Assembly (NCBI GenBank): GCA_964494105.1
Contig: CAZBQI010000001.1
Location: 3,126-67,125 of the forward strand
Source of the DNA: an uncultured Candidatus Saccharibacteria bacterium
GTDB lineage: Bacteria; Patescibacteriota; Saccharimonadia; CAZBQI01
DNA length: 64,000 bases
Direction of reading: 5' to 3'
A model generated the notes under the pieces. The model saw only the letters and a list, made by a program, of their open reading frames with translations. It made no database searches and was not told the origin of the DNA. Of this stretch, positions 36,961-47,019 are shown one piece after another. The first letter of the stretch is position 1. Each line of letters begins with the position of its first letter. The translations under genes were made by a program, and so were the position numbers.

Positions 36961-37587
36961 GTGGTATCTCGATTGAGCAGAACTAATGAAACTAGCGGAA
37001 ATAGCGGTGGTGAACACGAGCAGGCATCTGTGGGTGATGTTGCTTTTATGGGGCGCATGTTGGCACACGGCGTAGGTTTAGTTGTGCGTGAAACAATTAA
37101 ATCAATGCGTGATGAAATGAGAGCTGCGCCATATGCCCCACCAAATGGCACATTAGCCGAAAGAGCTAGGCGGGCTAGCGGTTTTGTACTCTGGGCAATA
37201 GATGGCACAAGACCACCTCAAGCAAGCGAATTGCGGGCATTACATGACGAAGAAAAAGCCGGTGAAGCCTACCGACAGCTTACTGCTGTATTAAGTAGCG
37301 TGATCGACGAAGGTATTGAAGGTGAGATTGACTTAGAAACCCGCAATGGAATGATTTTAAATCGAAATGAAGGTGAAACATCGCTTAGATACGATGCAAT
37401 TCGTCCCGGTGGCGATTATTATGTTGTTTTGAGCCTCTACCCCGAAGTTGATGGCACATCACAACTGCCCGACATTTCATATGTATATCGCGATGGTCAG
37501 AGTTCGAGTCCACCCGAACCTGCATCAGCTGGTCAGATAAATGTTTTTGCCCGCGAACTGAACAGCTCGACACTAATAAATTCCTAG
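36961..37587 (+). CDS. Hypothetical protein
   Basis: 208-aa ORF filling the intergenic gap; no recognisable motif. Confidence 0.55.
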   Translation: MVSRLSRTNETSGNSGGEHEQASVGDVAFMGRMLAHGVGLVVRETIKSMRDEMRAAPYAPPNGTLAERARRASGFVLWAIDGTRPPQASELRALHDEEKAGEAYRQLTAVLSSVIDEGIEGEIDLETRNGMILNRNEGETSLRYDAIRPGGDYYVVLSLYPEVDGTSQLPDISYVYRDGQSSSPPEPASAGQINVFARELNSSTLINS

Positions 37588-37621
37588 CAATTTCTTACTA
37601 GTAAAGTTATACTAGTAATTA

Positions 37622-38473
37622 GTGGGTAGTCTTGAGGCAAAACAAATATCTAATAAACTGCGTGGTTTGCGCGAAGGCTTGGGTTTAACCCAACAGGACG
37701 TTGCTGCCAAAGCCGGTGTATCGCTCTCGACATACACAAAAATAGAAGAAGGAACCACCAAGCGTCCATCGGCTACGGTACTTTTTAAGCTGGCTGGGGC
37801 GCTAGGGGTAAGCATCGATAGCTTACTAACAAATGCGCCAGTTGTTGCGACCCCTGTTATTAAGCCTAAGATTAGTTTTGTTTACTTTGATATTGGTGGG
37901 GTTCTGGTTCATACAGAGTCTAGTTTTTTACAGCCACTAAGTTTACGTTTGAATCGTCCGCTCGATCACGTCCGTCAGGTTTATCATACTTACATGCGGG
38001 TGGCGTGCAGAGGAATGCTATCACTCGAAGACCTGCAGTGGCTACTAATTTTAAGACTAAATGTTCGCTACCGTGCCGAAAAGCGCCGGAAGTTATTTAA
38101 GCACTGGGTAGATGATATGAAACCCGCAACCGAAGCCCAGCAATTGGCTACAGAGGTTGCGAATAGTTATCCGGTAGGTTTATTAACCGACACAGTTGAT
38201 GGCTGGGTCGAGCAAATGCGAGATAAGGGTATACTGCCGGAGCTACCCTGGAAGGTAACTATTAAGTCAAACGAAATTGGCTTTCTAAAGCCAGAAAAAG
38301 AAGTTTTCGAAATTGCTACAAAGAAAGCCAACGTGCCACCGAATGAAATACTATTCATTGATGATCGGAAGCAAAATGTGCGTGGCGCGAGGGAGTTTGG
38401 GTGGCAGGCAGAATGGTATAACGAGCTCAATCAGAATGCATCGGTGGCTCGGATAAAGCGAAAATATTTCTAG
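37622..38473 (+). CDS. XRE-family HTH fused to HAD-IA phosphatase
   Basis: LTQQDVA.KAGVS.ST..KIE.G; FDIGGVL, LLTD, KP..E.F, FIDDR..NV. Confidence 0.88.
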   Translation: MGSLEAKQISNKLRGLREGLGLTQQDVAAKAGVSLSTYTKIEEGTTKRPSATVLFKLAGALGVSIDSLLTNAPVVATPVIKPKISFVYFDIGGVLVHTESSFLQPLSLRLNRPLDHVRQVYHTYMRVACRGMLSLEDLQWLLILRLNVRYRAEKRRKLFKHWVDDMKPATEAQQLATEVANSYPVGLLTDTVDGWVEQMRDKGILPELPWKVTIKSNEIGFLKPEKEVFEIATKKANVPPNEILFIDDRKQNVRGAREFGWQAEWYNELNQNASVARIKRKYF

Positions 38474-41025
38474 TTCTTAAACTGTAAGAGCTGACGTTCT
38501 AGGGTGGTTTGTTTGGCTTTAGCCTTGTCTAGCATTTGTTTGGTTTCTTCGACAACTGCTTTCGGTGCGTTTTCGGTATAGCCACGATTTGATAGCTTTT
38601 TGTCTAAGCTCTTTATTTGCATACCGACCGATTTACTCTGGTCTAATAGTTTTGTCTGATAGTCTGTAAGTGTTGTGCGGTCTACTCCTAGCCAGATTGG
38701 TAAATTTACGGACGTTAGCTGTAGCCCACTCCCGTTATCTACGCTCTTAACTGCACTTGCACCGCTAAGGCGTTGGATTATTTCACTGTTGTCGTTTACC
38801 AAACTGATACTACTGTGATAAAGGGCAACATCAGTTAGCTCTAAATCGCGTTTGAGTGAGCGGGTTTCTTTAACAATGGATTGTATTTGATCAAAATCTG
38901 CCACCAGGTTACGGGCGGTTCGGGGCAGTTCATCAAAATCGGGCCAAGGCGTAGTTATTAACTGTGTATTATCGGACATTTGCTGCCATATAACCTCTGT
39001 TACAAAAGGCACAAATGGGTGAGCTAATTTCAGAATGGTTTGCAGTCCAAACAACAGCATTTCCTGATTTTTGCTGACTTTGTTTGCCTCAATATACCAG
39101 TCGGCAAAGTCGTCCCACAGTACGTGATAAACCAAGTACGTGGCCTCGTTTATGCGATAGCCATTTAGCTTGGCGGTAATCGATTTAGTAGTTTTGTTGA
39201 GCTGGCTATATAACCAGGCATCGGCAGCTGATTTTATCGTAGGATTCGGTCGAGCATTTTCGGCATTATCCAGCACATAGCGGGCGACATTCCATAGCTT
39301 GTTGCAAAAGTTTCGTTGCGCCATAATGTTAGCCTCGCTCAGAGGTGAATCGTTACCCGGTGTGTTGGTAATGGCGCCGGCCATGCGTAAGGCGTCGGTA
39401 CCGTATTTGGCTGTCATCTCGAGTGGATCAAGCACATTACCTTTACTTTTACTCATTTTCTTGCCGTGCGGGTCGGTAACTAGCCCCCAAAGATAGACGT
39501 TTTTAAACGGAATCTCCCCTGTTTTGTACAAGCCAAACATTACCATCCGCGTTACCCATTTGTGCAAAATTTCGCGGGCAGTACCCATTAGAGTGGTCGG
39601 GTAAAATGTGTCAAAATCTCCGGTTGTCATTAGCGTTGCAAATGGCCACTGACCGCTAGAAAACCAGGTGTCAAAGGTGTCGGTTTCTAAGCGGTATTTC
39701 CCCTCTCCGTAATAAGCTTTTGCTTCGTCTTCGGTGGTTGCGATAATGAAGGTTTTCTTGCCGGGCGTTTTAGCTTTGGCGTAATAAACAGGCATTCTTA
39801 TGCCGTACCAGTTTTGGCGACTAATACACCAATCGTGCTCTTGCTCGAGCCAGTTCAGGGCAATTTTGCGAAAGTTTCGTGGGAACATCGTAATGGTCTC
39901 GGACTTAAATGCTTCGATTACTCCCCTGTTGAGTTCTTTTATTCGTAAAAACCACTGCCGACTAATCTGCGGTTCTACTACCGTGCCACAACGATCATGT
40001 ACAGCCACATTGTGAGTGTATTTTTCATCAATCTTTACTAGTAAACCTTTACTCTTTAGTTTTTCGGCAACTTTAATACGAGCATCGGAAATATGCATAC
40101 CGGCGTATTCCCGGGCGATAGGTAGCAACTTGCCTGTCTTATCAATAATTTGTTCTTTATCAAGCTGGTGGCGTTCGGCGATGTCAAAATCAACCGGGTC
40201 ATGCCAAGGGGTAATTGTCATGGCGCCGGTGCCAAACTCGCGGTCGATAGCGTCGTCTTTTATCAGGGTAGCTTTGACTTTGCCATTTATCCATTCGGCT
40301 TCGAATGCATCGCCATCTTTAAATTGTGCGTAGCGCTTGTCGGCCGGGTGAACAACCACGTATTTATCGCCAAATTTAGTTTCGGGCCGGGCAGTTCCGA
40401 TTTGAAAAGGACCGTACTGAAAGGTGTAAAACGGAATGGTTTCCTCGCGGTGTTCGATTTCAATATCAGCAAAACTACTTTCGCAATTAGGACACCAATT
40501 TACAATGCGATTACCCCTGTAGATGTGCCCGTCTTTGTGTAGCTGGGCAAACGTTTCATAAACAATTTTTATAATGTCGTCATCGAGTGTAAATTTTAGC
40601 CTATTCCAGTCGGCGCTAAAGCCCATTTGTTTAAATTGACTTAGAATTGTCCCCTGCTGACTAACAGTAAATTCTAGTACTTGTTTGTAAAAATCCTCTT
40701 GGCCAAGATCAAAACGGGTCTTTCCCTGAGGCGCTAAGACATCGCGCTCGTAAACAAACTGAGTTTCTATTCCTGCATGGTCGGTGCCAGGAAACCAGAG
40801 GGTTGGGTGGCCCTGCATACGGCGGTAGCGAATAATAATGTCCTCGAGTGTGTAGCCCACGGCGTGGCCGGCGTGCAGTTTTCCGTTGGCATTTGGCGGA
40901 GGCATAACAATCGTAAACGGCTCTTTGTTGCCTCGCTCAACAGGGACAAAGCTATTGGATTTTTCCCACAGCTTATATACATCGGCCTCATAGCGAGCAG
41001 GTTCATAGTTCTTAGGGAGTTTCAC
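38470..41025 (-). CDS. valS: Valine--tRNA ligase
   Basis: PPPNANGKLHAGH, GTDHAGIETQ, DWCISRQ, DTWFSS, KMSKS, C-terminal coiled coil. Confidence 0.97.
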   Translation of the reverse strand: MKLPKNYEPARYEADVYKLWEKSNSFVPVERGNKEPFTIVMPPPNANGKLHAGHAVGYTLEDIIIRYRRMQGHPTLWFPGTDHAGIETQFVYERDVLAPQGKTRFDLGQEDFYKQVLEFTVSQQGTILSQFKQMGFSADWNRLKFTLDDDIIKIVYETFAQLHKDGHIYRGNRIVNWCPNCESSFADIEIEHREETIPFYTFQYGPFQIGTARPETKFGDKYVVVHPADKRYAQFKDGDAFEAEWINGKVKATLIKDDAIDREFGTGAMTITPWHDPVDFDIAERHQLDKEQIIDKTGKLLPIAREYAGMHISDARIKVAEKLKSKGLLVKIDEKYTHNVAVHDRCGTVVEPQISRQWFLRIKELNRGVIEAFKSETITMFPRNFRKIALNWLEQEHDWCISRQNWYGIRMPVYYAKAKTPGKKTFIIATTEDEAKAYYGEGKYRLETDTFDTWFSSGQWPFATLMTTGDFDTFYPTTLMGTAREILHKWVTRMVMFGLYKTGEIPFKNVYLWGLVTDPHGKKMSKSKGNVLDPLEMTAKYGTDALRMAGAITNTPGNDSPLSEANIMAQRNFCNKLWNVARYVLDNAENARPNPTIKSAADAWLYSQLNKTTKSITAKLNGYRINEATYLVYHVLWDDFADWYIEANKVSKNQEMLLFGLQTILKLAHPFVPFVTEVIWQQMSDNTQLITTPWPDFDELPRTARNLVADFDQIQSIVKETRSLKRDLELTDVALYHSSISLVNDNSEIIQRLSGASAVKSVDNGSGLQLTSVNLPIWLGVDRTTLTDYQTKLLDQSKSVGMQIKSLDKKLSNRGYTENAPKAVVEETKQMLDKAKAKQTTLERQLLQFKN

Positions 41026-41164
41026 GCCACGGATTCCTCGTTATCATCCCATGATACTACAGGGGCACCAGGCTTTCTAACATAATTAGAACATTCCATA
41101 TGAAATTGTCAAGTCTTTGTGATACTTCATTGACAAAATGACAAAATAGTGACACAATATATTA

Positions 41165-42523
41165 ATGACAGAACTGAGGTTAAATGACCAAGCCGAAGGT
41201 TATTCCCCAATCCAGAAACCGAGTGGTGTGCACGAACCCACACTTGCGGATTTCCCGCCATTAACTGAGCGGGTATATCAACGAGCTGTTAATTTAAAGG
41301 GTTTACTAAGCGAATACCCAGTAAAGAGGGTGACTGTTCAGAAAGATAATGAGTGTGATCTCGCCTGTCCAGGATGCTATGTGGGTCAGTGGATTGAAGC
41401 GGACGGAGCTGTGCGATTAAGTAATCCTCGCAGAAGAACCGATGAGGATACGATACTCGCACAGACTGATTCCTTGCCGGCACTAGAAGAATTCTTTTAT
41501 TTGGGTGCTGAGCCAAGCTTGCGGCCAGCTAATACTGCTTCGCTGCTTGCAGCAGCAGCAAATAGGGGTTTAAGGATAATGTCTGTCACTAATGGACAAG
41601 GCGCAGGGGCAAGAAACGAGACGGCCTTTGGAAAAGCTATTGCCGAACAGGGCATGCATAAACTTAATGTAAGCATTGATTCTCTGGATCCAGATGTAAA
41701 TGACTTTCTAAGGGGCAAAAGCGGTGCGATGGAGCGAACGATTGAAACCATTAAGCAGGGTATAGAAACTGGCTGGCCAATTAAGGCACAAATGACAGTA
41801 TGGGGCGCCAATTATGCGACAATTCTAGACTCAGTTGAGAAGCTCTATGAGATGGGAGTTAGAGGTTTTGCGTTTCACTCTGGTTCAGTAGAGGCAACTG
41901 CGGATTTTCGAGAACGTGGTCTTGAAGTTATCGATCCACTTAGCTGGCGAGCACTTGCCGCAAAATTGATGGAGTTTGCGCATAATCATCAGGGAGAACT
42001 TACCCATTTTAATGTGCCGCTACTGTATCTTGACGAAGACGAACTTGCTACGGTGTTTCAGGATGAAACAATCATGGAAGCATATATGGGACATGTAGAT
42101 GCAGTTGAGACGGGTAGTACTCGGCCACTTCCATTTAAGCTGTGCCCGGCTTTTGGATCTCCAGAAAACCCCGGACCACCGCAAGTTTATGTATATGCAA
42201 ATGACGGTGATGGTGAGATTTCTGTTTGTCAGGTGCATACGGGTGCGACAGGCGCCAAATTTGCAACTTGGGATGACAAACAGGGCGAGTTTCAAGTAAT
42301 AAAGGGTTCAAGAAACCAATTAAAGGTCATGGAGCAATCTCCTCATCTTTGTCCTTCTACCCCGTCAGTTACTGGTGGGGCTGATTCCGATAGAGTTGTA
42401 ACCCAAGCGGGTAATTTATACTATGGCTGTCGGTATTTGAGTAACAATCAACTGCCGAATATAGACTGGACCAGATATTCAGGCTATTACGAACAAGCTC
42501 TCAGTCATTACGAGGGAGAATAA
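41165..42523 (+). CDS. Radical SAM protein with C-terminal Cys residues
   Basis: CDLACPGC (CxxxCxxC), GAEP, VTNG, VSIDS. Confidence 0.85.
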   Translation: MTELRLNDQAEGYSPIQKPSGVHEPTLADFPPLTERVYQRAVNLKGLLSEYPVKRVTVQKDNECDLACPGCYVGQWIEADGAVRLSNPRRRTDEDTILAQTDSLPALEEFFYLGAEPSLRPANTASLLAAAANRGLRIMSVTNGQGAGARNETAFGKAIAEQGMHKLNVSIDSLDPDVNDFLRGKSGAMERTIETIKQGIETGWPIKAQMTVWGANYATILDSVEKLYEMGVRGFAFHSGSVEATADFRERGLEVIDPLSWRALAAKLMEFAHNHQGELTHFNVPLLYLDEDELATVFQDETIMEAYMGHVDAVETGSTRPLPFKLCPAFGSPENPGPPQVYVYANDGDGEISVCQVHTGATGAKFATWDDKQGEFQVIKGSRNQLKVMEQSPHLCPSTPSVTGGADSDRVVTQAGNLYYGCRYLSNNQLPNIDWTRYSGYYEQALSHYEGE

Positions 42524-42554
42524 AGCGCAAGAAGGGTGCATTCCCCTCGGCAAT

Positions 42555-43619
42555 CTACTTTGTAGGCAAGGCCTCAAGTAGTAGCGGGCTATTGGCTCGC
42601 TTCTGCTGGCTAGCGGATTGGGCTTTGAAATAGCCGAGGGCGGCTACCATAGCGGCATTGTCCGTGCAGAGTTCGGTTGGTGGACATAGTAGATTTACTT
42701 TTTTCCAAGGCCCGGCCTTGGAAAGCGTTTGCAGTGAGGAGTTAAGTTGATGTCTTAATTCTTGGTTAGCAGCTACTCCACCGGCTAGTGCTACCGAGTG
42801 TGGCTGGAACTCCTTGTATGCCTTAAGTGTTTTCGCTACCAATGTATGGACGGCGGCGTGCTGAAAGCTCGCAGCGGTATCATTTATTTGTTTTGCGTTT
42901 AACAATTTAGCAATTTCAGTTGACGGGAAAGTGTAGTCTTTGCCGACCAGTGCTTGCAAATGGCGCAGGACAGCCGTTTTAAGGCCAGAAAAGCTGAATT
43001 CGAGCGTGTTCCCGAGTTTGGCCTCGGGAAAGGCGTAGGCGTGCGCGTTGCCACGCGTAGCGGCTTTTGCAATGGACGGCCCACCCGGGTAGGGAAGCCC
43101 TAGCACTTTGGCAACTTTATCGAAGGCTTCACCCGCGGCGTCGTCACGCGTTTTACCCAATATTTCGTATTTGTCGTGATTGCTATACAGCATAAGCTGG
43201 GTATGACCGCCAGAAACAGTTAGTGAGAGTAGCGGAAATTGTGGCGGTTCGTTCTCTAGCCAGTTCGCATAAGTGTGCGCAACCACATGATCGACGCCAT
43301 AGAGTGGTTTATGCTTTGTGAGTGCTAAAGTTTTAGCTGTCAGCACGCCTATAAGCAGTGAACCCAATAACCCGGGTCGATTACTAACAGCAATGGCGTC
43401 GATGTCATTCCAGGTTAGGTCGGCTCTAGTGATAGCTTTGTCGACAAGGGGCAAAATTACTTCGATGTGCGAGCGAGCTGCTACCTCCGGCACAACTCCC
43501 CCAAATTCGCGGTGGGCATCTATTTGACTAGAAACTACGTTTGATAGGATTCTTTGCCCATCTGCGACTACTGCAACAGCTGTTTCGTCGCAACTGGTTT
43601 CTATACCTAGAACATTCAT
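42555..43619 (-). CDS. tsaD: tRNA N6-threonylcarbamoyltransferase TsaD
   Basis: LGIETSCDET, GGVVPEVAAR.H, VSGGHT, DDAAGEAFDK, TDNAAM. Confidence 0.97.
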   Translation of the reverse strand: MNVLGIETSCDETAVAVVADGQRILSNVVSSQIDAHREFGGVVPEVAARSHIEVILPLVDKAITRADLTWNDIDAIAVSNRPGLLGSLLIGVLTAKTLALTKHKPLYGVDHVVAHTYANWLENEPPQFPLLSLTVSGGHTQLMLYSNHDKYEILGKTRDDAAGEAFDKVAKVLGLPYPGGPSIAKAATRGNAHAYAFPEAKLGNTLEFSFSGLKTAVLRHLQALVGKDYTFPSTEIAKLLNAKQINDTAASFQHAAVHTLVAKTLKAYKEFQPHSVALAGGVAANQELRHQLNSSLQTLSKAGPWKKVNLLCPPTELCTDNAAMVAALGYFKAQSASQQKRANSPLLLEALPTK

Positions 43620-43681
43620 CTCAAAAGAATAGGCGAATGCTAAGCCTTTATAAAATACTAAAAACATGTTATAAAAAGTTT

Positions 43682-44290
43682 ATGAGTATGAACGCCCTGG
43701 CTTACAAAGAACCACTCCCTGATGAAACTTCAGTTGAGCAAGCGTGCGAGATGGTGAATGCGTCGCCAATACATTTGCGAACTGTCAGTGCCGAAACAAT
43801 GAAAACTAGTTACGATAAATTTACGTTGACACTGCCCTTTGACTGTACGGTACTAGGGCATATTAATCAGGAATTTTATGGACCGATAAGGATAATGCAT
43901 CTAATGCGCATAACGGTAAATCACGAGCTGTGGGGCAAAGGTATTGGCCGGCGTTTACTGCGAGCTAGCTTGGCATATGCGCAGGACCAAGGTGCGCAAG
44001 AAGTCCGCTCAACTGTAGCCAGTGCGGCCATGATTAAGCTAAGGGAGGAGGTGTTCGGCGAGAGCATGTCGTTCCATGATGTGCCAGCATTTGGCGAGCG
44101 AAAAATTGAATTGCCCATGTATCCAGATCAAGCAATCGACAGCTTGAACCGAGTGTGGGGTGAAGACGAAGTTGATCTAAGTAATATCCAGGGCCGAAGT
44201 TTCTTTGTTTTGGTTGACATATCTAATTTAGATACAGCTGGCTGGGAGCGACCAGTTTCCCCCATGACAAGTCAGACGTTTTCGGAGTAA
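43682..44290 (+). CDS. GNAT family N-acetyltransferase
   Basis: ITVNHELWGKGIGRRLL acetyl-CoA-binding motif. Confidence 0.7.
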   Translation: MSMNALAYKEPLPDETSVEQACEMVNASPIHLRTVSAETMKTSYDKFTLTLPFDCTVLGHINQEFYGPIRIMHLMRITVNHELWGKGIGRRLLRASLAYAQDQGAQEVRSTVASAAMIKLREEVFGESMSFHDVPAFGERKIELPMYPDQAIDSLNRVWGEDEVDLSNIQGRSFFVLVDISNLDTAGWERPVSPMTSQTFSE

Positions 44291-44299
44291 TATTGATGC

Positions 44300-45763
44300 A
44301 TGAGTGGTTTTAAGAAAAAGTTAAAAAAAACATTGCCGAACTGGCTATATGCCCCGCTTTTGCCAATTTATCACTATGGGCGAGCGGTTTCGGCCGGTAT
44401 GAAATACGGACATCCCGCTAAAGACCTAAAGGTAATCGGTGTGACCGGGACTAATGGCAAAACGACAACCGCCACCTATATTGCCAGTATTTTGCGAGCA
44501 ACTGGCGCTAAAGTGGGGTTGGCCACAACGGCCCAATTTCAAATTGGAGATGAGACTTGGGATAACGAACTAAATACCACCGTTACCAATCCCTACACAG
44601 TTCAAAAACTACTGCGAAGAATGAAGGACGCCGGGGTTGAATGGGTGGTTATGGAAGTGACGTCGCACGCACTTACCCAGTACCGGGTACATGGAATTCA
44701 GTTTCACACAGCAGTCATGACAAATTTAACGCGTGACCATTTAGATTACCACGGCACTATGGAAAAGTATGCTGCAGCCAAGGCTAGGTTATTAAAAATG
44801 GCTAAATTTGAAGTTGTGCTTAATTACGATGACGATTGGTTTGATTATTTTGCTAAAGCTAGCCACCAGGCGCAATTTACCTACGGAACAAATATTGAAT
44901 GTGACGTCCAGTTACTCAAGGCCAATCTGAGGGCGGATGGTTCAAAGATAATGTTTAAGTATGGCAATAGCGAAGTTGTGGCTAACCTTCACTTGCCTGG
45001 CAAGTTCAACGTTTATAACGCTATGGGTGCGGCTGCTACTGGTTTGGGACTTGAGCTTTCGCCCGAGACGGTAGCCAAGGGGCTCGAAGCACTAGAAGCG
45101 GTGCCCGGCCGGATGGAAAAGATTGATGAGGGCCAAAATTTTGCCGTGGTGGTAGATTACGCACACGATGGTGATGCGTTTCGCAAAGTATTTGAATCAA
45201 TTAAGCCACTAACCAAAGGTAGCTTGATAGCCGTTTTTGGCGGTGAAGGCGAACGCGACCCGGGCCGCTGGAGTGGCATGGGCGAAGCTGCGGGGGAGCT
45301 GTGTGATATTGCCGTAATTACCGACGACGAGCCATTGCATGAAGACCCGTCGAAAATCCGCCAAGCAATTGCTGAAAGCGTAGCTAAGGGCGGTAATGCG
45401 AAGTTATTTGAAATTGCCGATCGATACGAAGCCATTGCCAAGGCCTTTAAGCTCGCCAAGCCGGGAGACACCGTAATGCTACTGGCACTTGGCCACCAAA
45501 AGTTTCGTCTGGTTGGCGACAAACGGTTGCCGTGGGATGACCGCGCTGTTGCGCGTGAGCTTTTGGGTGGCAAGCCAGCCAACTTGCCAGAAATAGAACT
45601 TGAAGAAAAGGTTCCGGTAGAGCTACCAAAAAACGAAGAAAAAGAAACTGATAAAGAAGAAAAATCAGAGTCGCATCATAAGAATCACGAACAAAAATCC
45701 GATGCGAAGGAATCTAAAAAAGAATTATCTGAAGTCGATTCAAGTGTAGAAGATAAGGGTTAG
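44300..45763 (+). CDS. murE: UDP-N-acetylmuramyl-tripeptide synthetase MurE
   Basis: GVTGTNGKTT, MEVTSH, TNLTRDHLDYH, VPGRME, VVDYAH. Confidence 0.93.
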   Translation: MSGFKKKLKKTLPNWLYAPLLPIYHYGRAVSAGMKYGHPAKDLKVIGVTGTNGKTTTATYIASILRATGAKVGLATTAQFQIGDETWDNELNTTVTNPYTVQKLLRRMKDAGVEWVVMEVTSHALTQYRVHGIQFHTAVMTNLTRDHLDYHGTMEKYAAAKARLLKMAKFEVVLNYDDDWFDYFAKASHQAQFTYGTNIECDVQLLKANLRADGSKIMFKYGNSEVVANLHLPGKFNVYNAMGAAATGLGLELSPETVAKGLEALEAVPGRMEKIDEGQNFAVVVDYAHDGDAFRKVFESIKPLTKGSLIAVFGGEGERDPGRWSGMGEAAGELCDIAVITDDEPLHEDPSKIRQAIAESVAKGGNAKLFEIADRYEAIAKAFKLAKPGDTVMLLALGHQKFRLVGDKRLPWDDRAVARELLGGKPANLPEIELEEKVPVELPKNEEKETDKEEKSESHHKNHEQKSDAKESKKELSEVDSSVEDKG

Positions 45764-45802
45764 TCTCTATTAAATCACTTTTTATATTGTTTCATTTTAA
45801 TT

Positions 45803-46066
45803 TGCTACCTTTTGGCCGGACAAAAGGTAGCACCCAAACCGGCGGGCGGTTGATAAAACAGCTATGTATTCATATTTACTCGTCAGCCCGGGTTTCTGCG
45901 GAACTCTGCGCTCAAAGAGCACATCAAACAGTCCTCGAAACTCTGGCTTCTCGTAAATACTCATATATCGGTTTTATCAAAGCCCGAGATTAAATTCCCC
46001 CGAATATAAAGGAGCCAAAGCGACGTCCTATTCGGGCACTTTAGCTACTTTGGTGACAAAGTAGAT
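45803..46066. repeat. Dispersed structured intergenic repeat, copy 2 (REP/MITE-like)
   Basis: TGCTACCTTTTG..CAAAAGGTAGCA hairpin, CTGCGGAACTCTGC...ACAGTCCTCG (45896-45937), further CTACTTTG..CAAAGTAG hairpin. Confidence 0.6.
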
Positions 46067-46136
46067 TTAATAAAAACTAGTCTGCAATTTTTGCTTACAA
46101 AAGTAAGGTTAGAGAAAGAATTGAATAATTTAAGGA

Positions 46137-46913
46137 CTAGAATTCAACGTCGCGGGATTCGCGGTCGAGTTGCCGTAACTTTTTTATAAATTCTTTTCTT
46201 GTCTCGGCGGCGTAGGGGTTGCCACTTTCAATAGTTTCGAAAAGCTCTTTGGTGTGATGAGATTCAAGTTCGGTCAAATGTACAATTTCAGACAGGCCTA
46301 ATACGTTTTTAAAGGTGCCGGTGTCGATATCGCTACGCTCAATGTTCATATTTAGTAGTCCACGCCCGATAAAGAAGGTAAGCGAGTGAATAATGGCCAT
46401 TTTTCTATCGTGAGTATCCGGGTCCATTTCAATGACGTTAAGCTTGAGCTTTTCAGATAGGAATTGTTTGATGTCATTATAAAAGCTAGGGTCGTTAAAA
46501 CGCACCGGATGCACTACTATCGGCTGGCCATCTAGTCCGCTTGAGGCGCTTTGGGGGCCAAATATCGGATGAGTTGCCATAATCTGCACGTGCCTGGGCA
46601 AGCCCTTTAGCAGCATTTCAATTGGCTTCACCTTGACCGAGCAAATGTCTACAACAAGACTGCCCGGTGCAAGATATGGGTAAACATTTCGTAGCCAATC
46701 TTTATATGATCCAAGCGGAATAGCTGGAATGACGATGTCACATTCGGCGGCGGCTTTAAACGACTCTACCTGAACATGATCAGGTAAATTGAGTTCGCTC
46801 GGGTCTTTGGTGGTTGCGAGTTTGATATCTAGGTATGGTGCCAGTTGTTCGACTAAAAGTGCTCCGAAACTACCATAACCATGTATGCCAACTGACATTA
46901 TTTTTGACTTCAC
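46137..46913 (-). CDS. Prephenate/arogenate dehydrogenase (TyrA family)
   Basis: GYGSFG, VDICSVK, THPIFGP, HDRKMA..HSLT. Confidence 0.9.
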   Translation of the reverse strand: MKSKIMSVGIHGYGSFGALLVEQLAPYLDIKLATTKDPSELNLPDHVQVESFKAAAECDIVIPAIPLGSYKDWLRNVYPYLAPGSLVVDICSVKVKPIEMLLKGLPRHVQIMATHPIFGPQSASSGLDGQPIVVHPVRFNDPSFYNDIKQFLSEKLKLNVIEMDPDTHDRKMAIIHSLTFFIGRGLLNMNIERSDIDTGTFKNVLGLSEIVHLTELESHHTKELFETIESGNPYAAETRKEFIKKLRQLDRESRDVEF

Positions 46914-47019
46914 CCGGCTATTTTAACATTTGTTGCACGCGGTAGTCAGTGTTGCAAAGTTAGCTTATCGCAATTTAAATAATTGCCTGCAACTTCTACT
47001 ACCAGGTACAATGAAATTG

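Noticed and set aside
43541-43681. Overlap between tsaD and GNAT ORFs
   Set aside because: Caused by over-extended starts; likely starts are 43619 (minus) and 43682 (plus).
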